A stretch of DNA of 63,787 bases, the filler included, from Welwitschia mirabilis (taxonomy: Eukaryota), in the NCBI GenBank assembly GCA_051453625.1. It is 5 parts of one record of this genome, joined end to end, with 100 filler letters (N's around TTAATTAATTAA, not from the genome) between each part and the next. Parts side by side here need not be neighbours in the genome. Positions count along the whole stretch, not along the records: positions 1 to 14,866 come from JBOZIK010000001.1; 4 more parts are not named here. One strand, 5' to 3'. The position numbers and the translations under genes were made by a program. The notes below the pieces were generated by a model that was given only the letters and a program-made list of their open reading frames with translations, made no database searches and was not told the origin of the DNA. This document shows positions 1-12,066 of this stretch, piece by piece; position 1 is the stretch's first letter, and every line of letters begins with the position of its first letter.

Positions 1-781
1 GGATCAAGCCGTCTCATCTTCCTAGACACGTACTAACTCTGGAAGATCTATAGTCACCGTATCCATGATCTAGTCCTTTGTATGATGTACTCTCCTCTCT
101 ATAGATGCTATCTTCTGGTCAACTCTCTGCTTAAAGGATGTGATCCACTAATCCATAAATCCTCTAAGGAACTCAGTACTCTTAGCTAGAAGGACCTGGA
201 TCTACTATAATGATGCTCTACTTGTAGGTCTCTGTACCTGAGGTCTCTTGGCCTCTCCTGGTATCTGTATACCCATATCCTATAAATAATGAGCAAAAGT
301 TTGAATATATATTAAACAATGCTTACCTATAGGCTCTAGTATCCCGAATGGTCTGAATAAAGCAGANNNNNNNNNNNNNNNNNNNNNNNNNNNNNNNNNN
401 NNNNNNNNNNNNNNNNNNNNNNNNNNNNNNNNNNNNNNNNNNNNNNNNNNNNNNNNNNNNNNNNNNAATAATGAGCAAAAGTTTGAATATATATTAAACA
501 ATGCTTACCTCTAGGCTCTAGTATCCCGAATGGTCTGAATAAAGCAGAGAGGAAACATGGGTAACCAAGCATTTATAAATGGCATGTCTTAATCATGGAT
601 CGAAGTCTTCGCTAAATGAAAGTCGATAAATTCATCTGCTCCCCCTTACAAAAAGTTGCCAGAATCTGTAAGTGTGCAACTATAGCGTGGCTGTCATGGT
701 ATGATGGACTGATGTTATGAATCAATCCTTTGTGTAAAACTCTATATGCAGGAATCAGCTGAGTAACATTCATGCCTCTTC
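1..781 (-). pseudogene. Second, partial copy of the env-like ORF (C-terminal half)
   Basis: 1-781 aligns by eye with 951-1578 with many substitutions. ORF track 612..884 gives MNVTQLIPAYRVLHKGLIHNISPSYH and 336..572 gives MLGYPCFLSALF. Confidence 0.8.
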
Positions 782-899
782 GAGAGTTTTTAATACAAAA
801 AGTATAGAAATGGGATACAAAATATAGTCTAAAATCACTCCCCTCATCTATGCATGATAAATCTTGGATTGGTAACTGGCTCAAGAGTAGGAAAATAGG

Positions 900-2083
900 A
901 AGGAGGACAATCTAAATCTATGGGGATACGCTCATCTAGAGATGCTATAATGGATCGAACCGTCTCATCTCCCTAGACATGTACTAATTCTGGGAGATCT
1001 ATAGTCACATTCTATTGCATGGAGATAATACACTGATGCATATCCATGATCTGGTCCTCTGTGTGTAGTACTCTCCTCTCTATAGATGCTATCTACTGGT
1101 CAACTCTCTGCTCAAAGGATGTGTTCTACCAATCCATAAATCCTCTTAGGGACTCAATAATCTTAGCTAGAAGGTTATGGATCTGCTCTAATGATGTTCC
1201 ACTTGCATGTCTCTATACCTGAGGTCTCTTGGTCTCTCCTAGTATCTATATACTTATATTCTATAAATAATGAGCAGAAGTCTGAATATGTGTCAAACGA
1301 TGCTCACCTATAAGCTCTGGTATCCTGAATCATCTAAATAAAGTAGAGAGGAGGCATGGATAACCAAGCATCTGTAAACGGTGTTTCTCAATCATGGATC
1401 GAACTCTCCTTCAAATGAAAGTAGATAAATCCATCTGCTCCCCTTAACAGAAAGCTGCCAAAATCTATAAGTATGTAACCATAGCATGGTTGTTATGGTA
1501 TGATGAACTGATGTTGTGAATCAGTCCTCTGTGTAAAACTCTGTATGCAGGAGTCGGCTGAGTAACATTCATGTCTCTTTGATCTGTGGTCATGTTAGCT
1601 GGAATATCTAAAATAGCATCATAACCTTAATGATCCTATGTCCCACCAGCTGAGTGAATGTGTAAACTACCAAGACCTCCGAGATCTATGATGACTGCTA
1701 TGTGAGATGGAAGAATGACTCTCTCATGGTCTCAAACATATGCCACGATGTGATCCTGTAGCTGACCACGAACATCTAGTCACCTCTCTATATGCATGGT
1801 ATCATAAAATTCTCTCGTCTCTGAAGCATAATAGGCATCTTGTGCATCTGTAATCCATCTGAGCTATATCTCTATGAGTCTCTGATCAACCTCAGGCTTT
1901 AATCGGCTCATGAAATCACCAAAGTATCTCTCAACATGAATGCTAGCTATCTATATGCTCATAGATCATCCGTGTTGAGGTGGCAGGTGTATCGGTTCCT
2001 CGTGCTATACTTCAGGCTCAATTAAAGGTCCTGTTACCTATTCTACTGACTTAGATGAAGCCTATGTTTGTCTAGTTCTACAT
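900..2083 (-). pseudogene. Env-like / extra 3' ORF of Athila-type element (resembles the putative plant transposon protein, Transposase_32-like); multiple stops
   Basis: Manual translation gives IHVERYFGDF...AYYASETREFYDTMH...IVAYV*DHERVILPSHIAVII...PAYRVLHRGLIHNIS...GEQMDLSTFI...LGYPCLLSTLF, matching remembered motifs of this family (Y..LVREFYAN; R.LH.II..NI.P; LPYP.LIT.L). Candidate ATG at 2083. Sense to pol and about 2 kb downstream of it. Confidence 0.7.
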
Positions 2084-4250
2084 GTATGTAACCTACTAAA
2101 TCGTAAACCCAAAACCCGTCATGCAAAACCAGATAAACATGATTAAAATGTTGCATGGATGTGCAATAAATGACTCCATAATCGATAAAAATATTAAAAA
2201 TGTTAAAAATATGTCCTTTCCCCATCTAAAAAAAGCAATGCTTCCTGAATTGCCTAGCTGTGAGAAAAGTAATGAAGAAAAATGAAGAAAATCTAAACAC
2301 AGCGTAAGTAGTGAGCCCCGCTGTAAGTAAAAATTTGAAGTATTCAAATGAAAAATCTAATTAGTAAAGTCATAGAGCACATCACACTGATCAATTTTTC
2401 CTAAAGGACCACTACGATTCAACTTACAGTTTGCGAGAAAATGAGTACGAAAGGTAAGAACAGGAGAATTCCTCATAAAACACAAAAGTGATCATAACTC
2501 AAAAAATACGCAATGAAAATTAGATCCATAAGTTCCAAAATGTAGATAGTGAAAAATGGAACAATGTACATGGAAACTACACATCGAAAGGCTTAAAAAC
2601 TAGAGAAAAAATTGACAAATCAGGAGGAGAGAAAAACATACCTAATTTTTACAAATGTAGTAAAAACTTGTGAATCTGGCAATAAAATCAGGTGGAACAA
2701 GTTGCAAAATGTTGTACTAACTAGAGGGATCATCGTCTCTCAAAATAACAGAGGAAAAAATGAGAAAATGGGTGAAAAATAAGGAAAAAGGGTTGAAATG
2801 ATGCTTTTAATACACTATCGTCTGGTTGTGTCATCTGAATGTCAGCCCTAGGACGACTATTAGAAAAATCTGTCTGTCATCCTCTTCAATGTGGTCTGGA
2901 CGACTACCTGGATGATAGTTTATGAAGATGGTTTTAAAAAGAGCAATTCCAGCCAAGAATGTGAGGCTCAGGTAGAGTCATGAAAGTGACAGTTGTGAAA
3001 GAAAATAGAGCTAAAGAGCAGATAGAAAATTAAAAACTACAGTGGAAGGAAAACAGACTATCTAGGTGGAAAAATTGTAAAAAAAAGGCTAAAGGAATGT
3101 GCCCAAACAGGAAGATAGAGGTGAGAACTCAAGAATTGACAAGGAAACTCATGAATGAACAGTAATAAAATGCAGAAATGACTTTAAAATAAGAGACTTG
3201 AAAATAAAAGAAAACCAGAGGGAAAATGGACATAAGAAACAAGGAGAAGAATATTTACCTATCCTAAGTACTAACTTAGCAAACTCCCAAGGAAAACATC
3301 ATAACATCATCTGAGTAAAGATACATAATAAAATGTATTAACTCTATAAAGTTCATTTGAAAAGGCAGTGGTTATGGTGATATCTGAATTTTTAAATGTG
3401 TAAAACAATTGTTAAAACCAAAAGTTATGAAGAAATGGACTCATCTATTTCTACCTACAAACTCATCAGAATCTTCCAGTGAAATGATTAAGTAGGAAAA
3501 ATTTTATTTCTTTTGCCATGATGAGGGGAGTGCAACCACTGTCAGAGGAGTAAGAACCCATGAAGCATGGCCAAAGTGGAGTTCCCACAGCTACCATATT
3601 ACATTGCCAAAGGATCCTCTCGGAAATATTTTCCCCGGTGTACTTGTGGTAGGACATCATGCTTTTATTTTTTCTTTTTTTTTTGAACAAATAATAATTC
3701 CTATAAGATCACACACTTAAGAAAGACTAAGGTAAATAAGTAAAGTAAAAGACAAAAAAGAACATTCTCAATTAACTTAAGATTTAAACATCATTAAAAA
3801 GAACACAAGAAACTAAGGCATCTTCCTATAAATATAGTCCATAGACATGGGAATGTCTTAAGATTGGGTGAATCCAATCTTACCACTTATAAATGTNNNN
3901 NNNNNNNNNNNNNNNNNNNNNNNNNNNNNNNNNNNNNNNNNNNNNNNNNNNNNNNNNNNNNNNNNNNNNNNNNNNNNNNNNNNNNNNNNNNNNNNNNNNN
4001 NNNNNNNNNNNNNNNNNNNNNNNNNNNNNNNNNNNNNNNNNNNNNNNNNNNNNNNNNNNNNNNNNNNNNNNNNNNNNNNNNNNNNNNNNNNNNNNNNNNN
4101 NNNNNNNNNNNNNNNNNNNNNNNNNNNNNNNNNNNNNNNNNNNNNNNNNNNNNNNNNNNNNNNNNNNNNNNNNNNNNNNNNNNNNNNNNNNNNNNNNNNN
4201 NNNNNNNNNNNNNNNNNNNNNNNNNNNNNNNNNNNNNNNNNNNNNNNNNN

Positions 4251-7200
4251 TCAAGATTATTAAGTTATACTAACCGATACTTAAGATTTTCAACATAGTC
4301 TACAAGATTAAGTTGATGAAATGTACGATAAGAATTGTAACACATATCAACTGGTAATACACAAACTTTACCGTAAACAAGTTCATAAGGTGAGAAACCA
4401 AGAGAAGTACATTAAGTAGTACGGTAAGCTCAAAGTACATCATTAATTTTAGAAGCCCAAGTATTTTTATTAACAGAGACAAGTTTTTGAAGCATTTTCT
4501 TTATTTCTCTATTAGCATTTTCAGCTTGTCTATTTGTCTGAGGATGGTAAGCACAAGCGATTCTATGTTCAATTCCCATGGATAAGAGAAGTTTCTTAAA
4601 AAGTAAATTTATGAAATGAGTACCCTAATCACTAATGATAATTATAGGAAAGCCAAATCTCTGAAATATATGTGATCAAAGAAAATGACAAACAGTTCGA
4701 GCATCATTCGAAGAAGTAGGTATGGCTTCAACCCATTTAGTCATGTAATCGATGGCCACTAAAATATAATTTTTATTGCAAGAAGATGGGTGAAATGGTT
4801 CCATAAAATCAATACCCCAATAATCAAAAGGCTCACACTCAAGAATAGGTCGAAAGGACATTTCCTATGAACGAATAAGGATTCCAAAATGCTGGCAAGA
4901 ATTACACCTTCTGACAAAATCATAGGAATCATGAAAAAGAGAAGGCCAATAAAAATCAGAATGAAGGATTGTCATGGTAGTTTTATGTCCACTGAAATTT
5001 CCTCAACAAACACCACCATGAAAAAGGTAAAGAATATCAGGTATTTCCCAATCGAGCACATATTTTCTCATAATTTGATCTTTACACCTACAGTATAAAT
5101 GTGGCTTGGCCCACTCATAGTTACCTATACAATGGAAAAAGGATTTACATTAGTAATAGGTCCAATGTTGTGGTGTTTTTATGGTTACAAGATAGTTAAC
5201 AATGTCAGCATACCATGGAAGAGGGTGAGAAGAAGAGACAACAAAGAGCTACTCATCAGGAAAAGTATCATCAATGAAAATATCATCTAGAGGAGAAGGA
5301 AGTCGAGATAAGTGGTCGGCAACAGAATTATGCTTCCTGGTTTTATCTATGATGGTTAAATTAAATTCTTACATAAGAAGGACCCATCTAATCAAATGAG
5401 CACTAGAGTCTTTCTTAGTCATGAGGTAACAAATAGTAGCATGGTTGATATAAATATGCATGTGAAAGCCTAAAAGATAATATTGAAGAGAATTAAGGCA
5501 AACGATAATAGTAAGCATTTCTTTTTTTGTAGTAGTGTAATTCATTTGAGCTCTAGACAATGTCTTGCTATGGCAAGATATAACTTTAAAGTCTTTCTCA
5601 TATTTTTGGCAAAGAACCTCACTCACGGCAAAATTACTAGCATCATACATAAGCTCAAAGTTAAGTACATAATTGAGTCTCGTTACTATAGGAGCATCAG
5701 ACAATCTATGTTTAAGCCTATTAAAAGTAGTTTAACAAGATTTATTACATTTGAATTTGGCATCTTTCTCAAGTAATGAGTAAAGGGGTTTGCAAATGGA
5801 AGCATAATCACGAATGAACCAATGGTAAAAATCATAGTAACCAAGGAAAGATATGACCTATTTCACATTGGTAGTGGGACTAAGATTTTGAATAATACTA
5901 ACTTTAGAAGAATCCATTTTTAATCCCCTCTCGAGAAATGTGGTAACCTAAAATAATGCCACTCTCGACAAGAAAATAACTCTTTTCCCAACTCAAGTGA
6001 AGGCCACTAGTAATGCATCGATCTAAGACTTTCTCTAAATAATCTAAGATTTGTTTAAGGGTCTTGGCATAGATAGAGAAGTCATCCATAAAAATCTCGA
6101 TGAAATCTTGAAGTATATCAGAAAAAATACCCATCATAGCATGTTGAAAGGCATGCATCTAAAGGACAAGGTACCAAAAGAAGAAGTGAAAGTAGTTTTG
6201 TCTTAGTCTTCAAGGGCAATGCAAATTTGATTATAACCACTATAACTGTCAATAAAACAGTAAAAGTTATGTCCCTAAATCCTATCAAGAATTTGATCGA
6301 GAAAAGGTAAAGGACAATGGTCTTTTCAGTTACTTTGTTTAGTTTTCAAAAATTTATGCACATACGCCATTTCCCATCCTTTTTTGGTACTATCGTCAAG
6401 GGGATAACCCACTCACTATCAATAATAGAGTAAATAATTCTAGCATCCATAAGTTTTATGATTTCATCTTTTATGATTTAATTTAGGGCTAGATTTAATC
6501 TACATTGTGATTGCCTCACAGGTGTGGAATTTTCTTTGAGGTAGATTTTGTATTGTACAATGGAAGTGGGAATGGCTAACAGATCATTATGGAACCAAGC
6601 AAACACATGAAATTTTAACTCTAAAAGAGAGATAAGATTGGATTCTTATTGAGGTGAGAGATTTTTATTGATAGTCAAGGGTTTATTCAAATCTCTATTC
6701 AGAAAAATGTATTTTAGTCCACTACTCAGAGGTTTTAGGTTCAGATTAAGATTCAAACCTCTGGTTCTAGAAGAATTTTCAGGAAAGTTATCTGTCATCT
6801 TTGTCTATTGTCTGGATGTCAGTGTTAGATGACTGACTTCATAATAAGAATTCTTAGGATTACTAGTCTCTCAAATTTCAAAATAGATTGCAGACTTAGT
6901 TTTACTTCTCATTAGATCAAAAAACCCAATGGAGGGATGGTCAAACTCAAGTTATTTGTTAAACTCATAAAGGTATTCTACTTCCGTGTGATCATCAAAC
7001 AAGGTTAGCTTATGAAGCATGGACCATCTCTCTTCAAGTAAACTGTGTTATAAAAATAAGATTGGTTTTATTTCTTTCTTCACTCCTAAATCATTACCTA
7101 AATCTTTTTTGGCTACATCAAAGACTCTAATTGAAAATTGTTTATTTCCAAAGTGGTACTTCATCAATCTATTTCTTGTGTCTATGATGCAATGAGTGGT

Positions 7201-7446
7201 TATACAAAAAGCTCTACCTAGAAGTAGGGGATATCCACCCTGATGCTCAACTTCTAGAATAACTACATCTATTGGATAGAAAGCTTCCTCTATCTGAATG
7301 ACCAAGTCCTTAATCATGCCTAAAGGTTTTTTTATAGATGTGTTGGCTAACTCTAAGATAACTCATGTAGGTTCTACTCTGTTTTCCAACCCAAGACGTT
7401 GACAAATATGCAAGGGCATGATGTTGACACTGGCTCCTATGTCTAT
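4251..7446 (-). pseudogene. pol remnant of A2 (protease C-half, RT, RNase H, integrase)
   Basis: ORF fragments 7048..7317 (YPLLLGRAF), 5904..6158 (EIFMDDFSIY), 5369..5704 (NYTTTKKEML, LIRWVLLM), 4676..4861 (YILVAIDYMTKWVEAIP), separated by stops and frameshifts. Confidence 0.92.
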
Positions 7447-7859
7447 NNNNNNNNNNNNNNNNNNNNNNNNNNNNNNNNNNNNNNNNNNNNNNNNNNNNNN
7501 NNNNNNNNNNNNNNNNNNNNNNNNNNNNNNNNNNNNNNNNNNNNNNCTTGTAAATGCCCAAGTATGAAACTAATCATGATACTTTATAGAGTAATACATA
7601 AGTCAAGTTTTAAAAGATGATCAAGTAAAGTCATAATATTTAACTAAAGGAATAAGCTATGAAAGAACTTAAATAATAATAGGAAGGAAGTCCTCCTCAG
7701 TGAGGGAAACTTCCAAAAGAAGTTCTTCTACCATGTTCACAGTTGCATCTAAACATTCTTCATGTCATTTCAACCATTTTTTATGTGCATACACCATTTT
7801 TTACCCATAATTTTTATGATTTGATCTTTTTCAATTTGCTTTAGGGCCGAGCAGTGTTA

Positions 7860-10290
7860 TAAAAATAGGGTTGGTTTTATATCTTCCTCTAAACCGAATG
7901 TGTTACCTAATTCTTTTTCTGCTGCATTAAACAATCTTATGGAAAATCGTTTGTTTATAAAGTGACATTTTATTAATCCAATCCTTATGTCTATGATGCT
8001 ATGGGGTGTTACACAAAAAGCTCTACCTAGAAGTAGGGGATATTCACCTTGATACTCAACTTCTAAAATAACTACATCTATTGGATAGAAAGCTTCCTCT
8101 AATCTGAATGATCAAGTCCTTGATTACACTTAAGGGTCTCTTTACTGATGCATCAGCTAACTCTAAGATTATTTATGTAGGTCCTACTCATCCTTCCAAT
8201 CTAAGACGTTGATAAATATGTAAGGTCATAATATTAATACTAATTCTTATGTCTATGAAGGCCTTCTTAATTCTACAGTTTCTCTCTAAAGTGACACTAA
8301 CAGTTGCTACCCATGGATCTTAGACTTTGGACACTTCTTGAAAACCAAGTTGCTAAGGGATTGAGCTAGAAAGACTTTACTAGGAATAGTTCATTTTTAT
8401 TGCCTTCTTATTAGGTCCTTCCATAGCTTAGAGTATTTGGGGTTTTTTGCAAAAGTTTCCAAAAAAGGTAAGTTGACGCTCACATTTTTCATCAAGGATT
8501 TTAAATAATCATTAAAGATAAGATTTTTATTAAGCCTATTAAGCCATGAGGTAACATGTTTCTTTTATGACTGATATTTCTTTTTGTTGCTAAGTGAACA
8601 AGGGCAGGAATGATTTTCTAGGATTTCTATGTCCTCTTCCTCATCATTCTTGTCAATTTGGGAAGTTGAAGCCTCATAAGTAGGGGGAGTAGTGTTATTT
8701 CCACTCCTTGTCACTACCTTACAATCTTTTTATACTTCATTAGGGTTTGATAAATGTTGGGTGACAAGGGTTCCTTGTGGTCTTTAGTTAGCAAACATGG
8801 TTTGTTGTAAAAGACTTATAAGATTTTATATGTTTGTGTTTATCTTCTCTTGAGTTTTTCTCAACTCATCAATGGAATTCCTAAGAGGATCACTATGGTT
8901 TTAGGAGTTGAAAGAGCTTGTCAAATTATTTGGATGGTTGGGTAAAAAGTTTAAATGTTCAAATCGACTTTTGAAAGGCTGAAAGTTAGGACAAGGTATT
9001 TGGAAGTTTCTTGAAGTTGGTTGCTCACTCATCCTATTTTGAAAATTATAACTTGGGACTTTTCTTTAATCACGGTTTTGCATGTAGTTAAAAGATCTTT
9101 GGTTGAAATTACACACCTTCTCATAGATTCTTTCTTTGTAAGTAGGATGTAAAGGGCACTCTTTCATGATGTGGTAGCTATCTTCACATAAATCACGTGT
9201 TGAAATAATAACTTCACTCTTCTCAGTTGCAACTTTAGCATCAAGGATCATCTGGGTGTATTTTGCTAAGATAGAAGTGAAATAATTAATGACACTAGTT
9301 GGTTCATTTTCTATTTTGGTTTTAGTCTTCTCATGTTTGACCTCCTTTAGGTATTTAATGATTTGGTCTACCGTTTGGTTTTCTCTAAAGGAAGATTTAG
9401 GCCAAGTTTGACTTACTTCCACTAAATCTTCCAACACCTTCTAATCATCTTCTAAAGTTTGGTTTAAGAGGTTGCCTCCATAAGAGAAATCTATAAGTTA
9501 TTTGATATGACTGTTTAATCCACTATAGAAGTAGTCAATTAACTTTACCTCAGAAAAGGCATCTATAGGATTTGAATGTAAAGCAACAAAGAATCGTTCA
9601 TAGGTAAAGGCATAGTCCTTGTTAGGGATTTATTCGAAGTTTATAACTTCTTTCTTATGCTTCTAGATAGTGGTTTCACTCATGAATCTTTTAATAAAGG
9701 CTTCTTAGACTTGACTCCAAGATTTTAGGCTTTTATGGGATATCATTCTAAGCCATATTTTTGCTTTATCTCTCAAGGTCATAGGAAAGATAATCATATA
9801 GGTTCTATCAGTTATTCACTTTTTACCATTTCTAGATATAAGGATAAGTTGTTCAATGTCAGGAATGTGTTGTAGAGGATCCTCATCAGGTTCTCTACTA
9901 AATGTAGGGTAAGCATTTAAGTTTTTAAGTTTTACATCATCGACAGGAGGTAAGTCAAAAGGGTTTTGAATTTCATGTTTCTTGGTTGCGATAAGACCTC
10001 TTAAAGTAGCAGGAGTATTTGGTCGAGAAGGAATAAGATAGAGTTCCAATAACTGGGGATGGATTTGGAGAGATAGGTTATTTTTATTTTTGGTTCAAGG
10101 TTGACATGGTATCAGATTTTCTAAAATTAAAATTAGATTCTTCTATAGAATTAAAATCAGAAATTTCAGGAAATTCTAATTCTTGTATACCTGGGCTGTT
10201 TTGATTTTCAATTTAAAATTTAGCTAACATTCTCTAATATTCTCAGCGATGAACAGCTTTTCTCATTGATGTTTTTCCTTTTTTCCAATT
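7860..10290 (-). pseudogene. gag-protease remnant of A1
   Basis: YPTFSREPDEDPLQHI (retrotransposon gag N-region), IIFPMTLRDKAKIWL, C..C....H....C-like knuckle (LCEDSYHIMKECP), protease with YSLLLGRAFC. Confidence 0.85.
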
Positions 10291-10561
10291 TTAACCATTT
10301 AGTTTCTATAGTATCGTCCTGTAAATCATTTGGACGATAACCTGGATAATAGAGATAGAAAGCACAGATAATCATAGAACAAGGGAAAGCAGAAATCAGG
10401 ACATTCATCCAACTATAACATCTGGATGATGATGAATAAATCAGTGGTTAGTAAAAATAAAAACTGAAATAAAAACTTATAGAAGGTACTGGTATACCAT
10501 TGCTACAGCAAACATCTAGAATATCCACTGAAGCAACGTCAACTCTCGATTTCTAAGTAGC

Positions 10562-10584
10562 CTTTCCTAGCAACAGTGTCAATT
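10562..10584 (-). promoter_or_regulatory. Primer-binding site, tRNA-Asp type (decayed)
   Basis: Minus strand reads ...TATAACA|AATTGACACTGTTGCTAGGAAAG, a transition-decayed TGGCGCCGTTGCCGGGGA (complement of the plant tRNA-Asp 3' end, typical of Athila). Confidence 0.8.
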
Positions 10585-11811
10585 TGTTATAGTGCAAATT
10601 TATGCAATGTTTCACGCCTTGATTTAAATCCTATTAATTACAATAAGATGCACAAATATATCATGCTAGTATAGACAGAGTGATCCAAATGTCATAATTC
10701 TATTAAAGGCCAATGTTATGAATAACAAAGAGTTGATTTCGAGAAAGAAATGTATAACATTAATCTACTGAATTAAATTACAATTCATAAAATTGAAATA
10801 ATGATGCAACTAATTTATGAAATTGAAATAACGATGTAACTAATCTATGAAATTGAAATAACGATGCAACTAATCTACTCAAGCTCAACCTTAACAAAGG
10901 CTACCCTCATAATTTATATAATCAAAGAAACCTGTTACAAATCTTAAACAACATAAACTATGAGGGATAAGTTCCTAAAAATATTGAACAAAAAGGATAA
11001 TTCATATTAAAAGCATAAAAACATTTGCATTATAAAGTAGTCATTTCTGAATAAAGGAAACACCACCCGACACCAAGGGAACATCTCTCTGTAACCGCTA
11101 GATGGTTCTCTGGTTCAAGATCTCCTGTCACAAGAATGTTAGGTATTGTTGAAGAGGATTATGGATCAAGGGGAAGACCTTTATTTATAGACAAAAAGGA
11201 AAATGGAACTGACAGATAAGTAGAAGAGAAACCTATCTAACATGAAAACTAAAGTCCTAATAAAGAGGTGACAACTCAGGAATACATTGGGTAAAAGTGA
11301 CAGAGAACAGTGTCATCTTTCTGGTTGTCTGGACAAAACAGGAGACGATGAGGATTAACAATGAGATATCTTTTTGGCTTCTAATTTAACTACTTATGAA
11401 CTACATGTGAAGTCCTGTCAACTAGTTTTGGAGATGTCATCCACTACTGTCGTCTAGATGATATGGTGGACGATGATGTTTGATAGGTAAATATTTAGTT
11501 CAACTGGAAGTTATCTCGAAATAACTTAGTCATATGGTCAATTGAGTTGTCATCCTGACTGTCGTGTGGACGACCGAATGGATGATAGTCTTTTCTTGAT
11601 CTTGAGTTTGTATTATTGCTTTGTCTTTTGCAAGAATTAATATCCAAAATGATACTTGTCTGAATCTGCATGAATTACTTGTGAATCATCTGATAATTGC
11701 ATGTTTTTCCTTGATTCTTGGTTGTCATAAGAACTAAGTAATTATCTATTAATTCATTTTTAAAAGAACTTAGAATATCCCATCAAATACACATAATTTG
11801 GCATCACAACA
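10585..11811 (-). repeat. 5' LTR of A1 (1227 bp, complete)
   Basis: Minus-strand termini TGTTGTGATGCC...CACTATAACA, abuts the PBS, TATAAATA at 11182-11189 (minus), homologous to 12067-12919. Confidence 0.88.
10791..10877. repeat. 30-bp tandem repeat, about 3 copies, inside the LTR
   Basis: AATTGAAATAACGATGCAACTAATCTATGA units start at 10791, 10821 and 10851. Confidence 0.9.
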
Positions 11812-12066
11812 ATGAACATGATAAGAAAGTTAATTAAAAGTTATGAAGAGGTATGAATGGTAGGAATTTATGCTCATTATCAAAGTAACCCTAGTATATT
11901 ATACTTTATAACTATTAAGATAATAGTTTACTATTTAAAGGATATTATTAATTAAAGCCTTTGCTANNNNNNNNNNNNNNNNNNNNNNNNNNNNNNNNNN
12001 NNNNNNNNNNNNNNNNNNNNNNNNNNNNNNNNNNNNNNNNNNNNNNNNNNNNNNNNNNNNNNNNNN

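Larger units (their letters stand above)
1..7446 (-). mobile_element. Degenerate Athila-type Ty3/Gypsy element A2 (PR-RT-RNaseH-INT, long 3' region, env-like ORF); runs off the window start and is cut by a gap at 7447
   Basis: Minus-strand domain order PR (7048-7446), RT with FMDDFSI (ORF 5904..6158), RNase H (FELMYDASNFAV, 5369..5704), integrase (EPFDYWGIDFMEPF, 4676..4861). RT-RH-INT order is Ty3/Gypsy; FMDD plus a downstream extra ORF fits Athila. Confidence 0.9.
7547..11811 (-). mobile_element. Athila-type element A1: 5' LTR, PBS, gag, protease, then pol almost entirely deleted
   Basis: LTR 10585-11811, PBS 10562-10584, gag fragments (ORFs 9816..10049, 9066..9437), protease 7860-8330. 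Only scraps of RT follow before the integrase C-terminus at about 7680-7775. Confidence 0.85.

Noticed and set aside
286..546. About 80-bp near-identical direct repeat around a gap (similar cases at 63047-63106 vs 63207-63266 and 20598-20619 vs 21088-21109)
   Set aside because: Identical or one-mismatch flanks of N gaps are most simply unmerged contig overlaps.
4889..5776. Plus-strand ORFs 4889..5098, 5099..5290, 5483..5776, and similar minus-strand ORFs at 60423-61838
   Set aside because: Antisense shadows of integrase and RNase H; their similarity to each other simply reflects pol homology.
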